Shown: in pieces, positions 14,380 through 15,173 of the stretch | How positions within the stretch are numbered: position 1 is the first letter of the stretch | Layout: the number at the start of each line of letters is the position of its first letter | UHGV virus genome: UHGV-0105671 | Length of the DNA: 15,173 nt | Origin: a virus | Reading direction: 5' to 3' (one strand) | Notes under the pieces: generated by a model | What the model saw: the letters and a program-made list of their open reading frames with translations, nothing else | Told to the model about the DNA's origin: nothing | The model's database searches: none | Position numbers and translations under genes: made by a program

Positions 14380-15020
14380 GTAACCGTTTTTACATGATGT
14401 GCTCGCGTGAAACTGTGGGTAATAACGCTTCATTCCATTGCCATAACGGCAATGGTTACAGTTCTGATATCGATCGCGCTCATGTTTACACGCTGGAAGA
14501 AGCCCAAAAAGCCTGGAATTGTGGGCGAGATATAGATCAGCCTGTTTGTGCCGATAGTGTGGATACAATGGCAGTGTGGCACGTTGATTGCCAGTACATC
14601 CCTACAGAAAACCTGATTGAGCCAGATTGCACTGCGTATGTGGCCTACAAAAAAGGTAGCTGGAACAGCAACGATGTTTACTGGCTTCAACACGGTGGAT
14701 TGCCAACAGATGACTTCAGTAAAGCGACCATCTTTAGCGTCGCCAACAAAAACGAACCAGGAATAGTTTGGTTGCCATTTTCCATTGCTGATGCAGCAAA
14801 GCGCCGGACGTTCAATATCAATAACTTTAACCGCAGAACAATGGTTCAGGGCGCAGGTTTGGTCATGCCTGACTGGTTGAAAGAGCAGAACAGAAGAAAG
14901 AAGTCGCGAAGCGGGAAGGTGCGTTGGAATTGTCCGCATTGCGGAAAAATAACCTGGCAGTACAGCCCATATGATTTTGAAGGCTGTAGTGATTACAACT
15001 GTGAAGGATGGCGAGAATGA
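14376..15020 (+). CDS. Hypothetical Cys/His-rich protein with C-terminal zinc-ribbon-like motif (214 aa)
   Basis: GTG start with strong AAAGGAGG Shine-Dalgarno 6 nt upstream; C-terminus NCPHCGKITWQYSPYDFEGCSDYNCEGW plus additional Cys/His pairs (HCHNGNG, CADS...HVDC). Confidence 0.5.
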   Translation: MSNRFYMMCSRETVGNNASFHCHNGNGYSSDIDRAHVYTLEEAQKAWNCGRDIDQPVCADSVDTMAVWHVDCQYIPTENLIEPDCTAYVAYKKGSWNSNDVYWLQHGGLPTDDFSKATIFSVANKNEPGIVWLPFSIADAAKRRTFNINNFNRRTMVQGAGLVMPDWLKEQNRRKKSRSGKVRWNCPHCGKITWQYSPYDFEGCSDYNCEGWRE

Positions 15021-15173
15021 CAATTGACTATCAGGCACTGCGTGAAAAGGCAGAGAAAGCAACGAGTGGTGTGTGGTCGCTCGAATATGGAGAGGGCCGA
15101 TTTGATGGTGATGATGCACTAATTCATCGCGAGGCTGCTGGATATATTCCCATTTGCAGAATTGAAGGAGCGC
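15017..15173 (+). CDS. Hypothetical protein, 5' fragment (possibly Ead/Ea22-like); continues beyond the right edge
   Basis: ATGA-coupled start at 15017; N-terminus MTIDYQALREKAEKATSG… loosely recalls Ea22-like proteins; truncated by the window end. Confidence 0.35.
   Translation, partial: MTIDYQALREKAEKATSGVWSLEYGEGRFDGDDALIHREAAGYIPICRIEGA

Noticed and set aside
13470-14568. ORFs 13470..13658(-), 13549..13857(-), 13769..13984(-), 14027..14383(+) and 14125..14568(-)
   Set aside because: They overlap the coupled plus-strand operon in other frames or strands; compositions are His/Arg/Cys-biased.
14430-15119. Minus-strand 229-aa ORF starting MHHHHQIG...
   Set aside because: Antisense to the Shine-Dalgarno-supported 214-aa gene; poly-His start and Ser/Leu-rich low-complexity translation suggest a chance ORF.
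1-15173. CRISPR arrays, insertion sequences, integrase/att sites, tRNA or rRNA genes, N-type nut sites (boxA/boxB)
   Set aside because: No spacer-repeat arrays, terminal inverted repeats with transposase, tRNA cloverleaf signatures or boxA/boxB motifs were apparent on visual scanning. A formal tRNAscan or Infernal search was not possible.

Overview
This window reads as the central part of an enterobacterial lambdoid prophage, resembling E. coli CPS-53/KpLE1 and DLP12 in gene content and order. All calls come from reading the sequence and ORF translations by eye; no database search or folding program was run. Minus strand, right to left: cro-like HTH gene, a possible YdaT-like gene, a Rha-domain gene with a long N-terminal extension, a replication initiator with an internal iteron origin, a YfdN-like gene, an orphan Dam-type methyltransferase, a LexA-DNA-binding-domain-only protein, RusA, a KilA-N protein, a DUF968 protein and a small Q antiterminator, then (left of a plus-strand porin moron) a pinholin and the start of a SAR endolysin. 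Plus strand: cI-type repressor divergent from cro, then an early-left-type operon (YfdP-, YfdQ-, YfdR-like, a PAPS-reductase-like PP-loop protein, several small ORFs and a Cys-rich protein). Most genes in both operons are linked by ATGA/GTGA start-stop overlaps. The regions I consider most worth follow-up are the GC-rich, highly structured ~300-nt untranslated element with an embedded terminator ahead of the early-left operon, the uncharacterised nucleotide-related accessory cluster in that operon, the small convergent ORF pair in the rex-equivalent slot beside cI, the KilA-N protein, and the Rha protein's N-terminal extension. No CRISPR array, IS element, tRNA or rRNA was seen.
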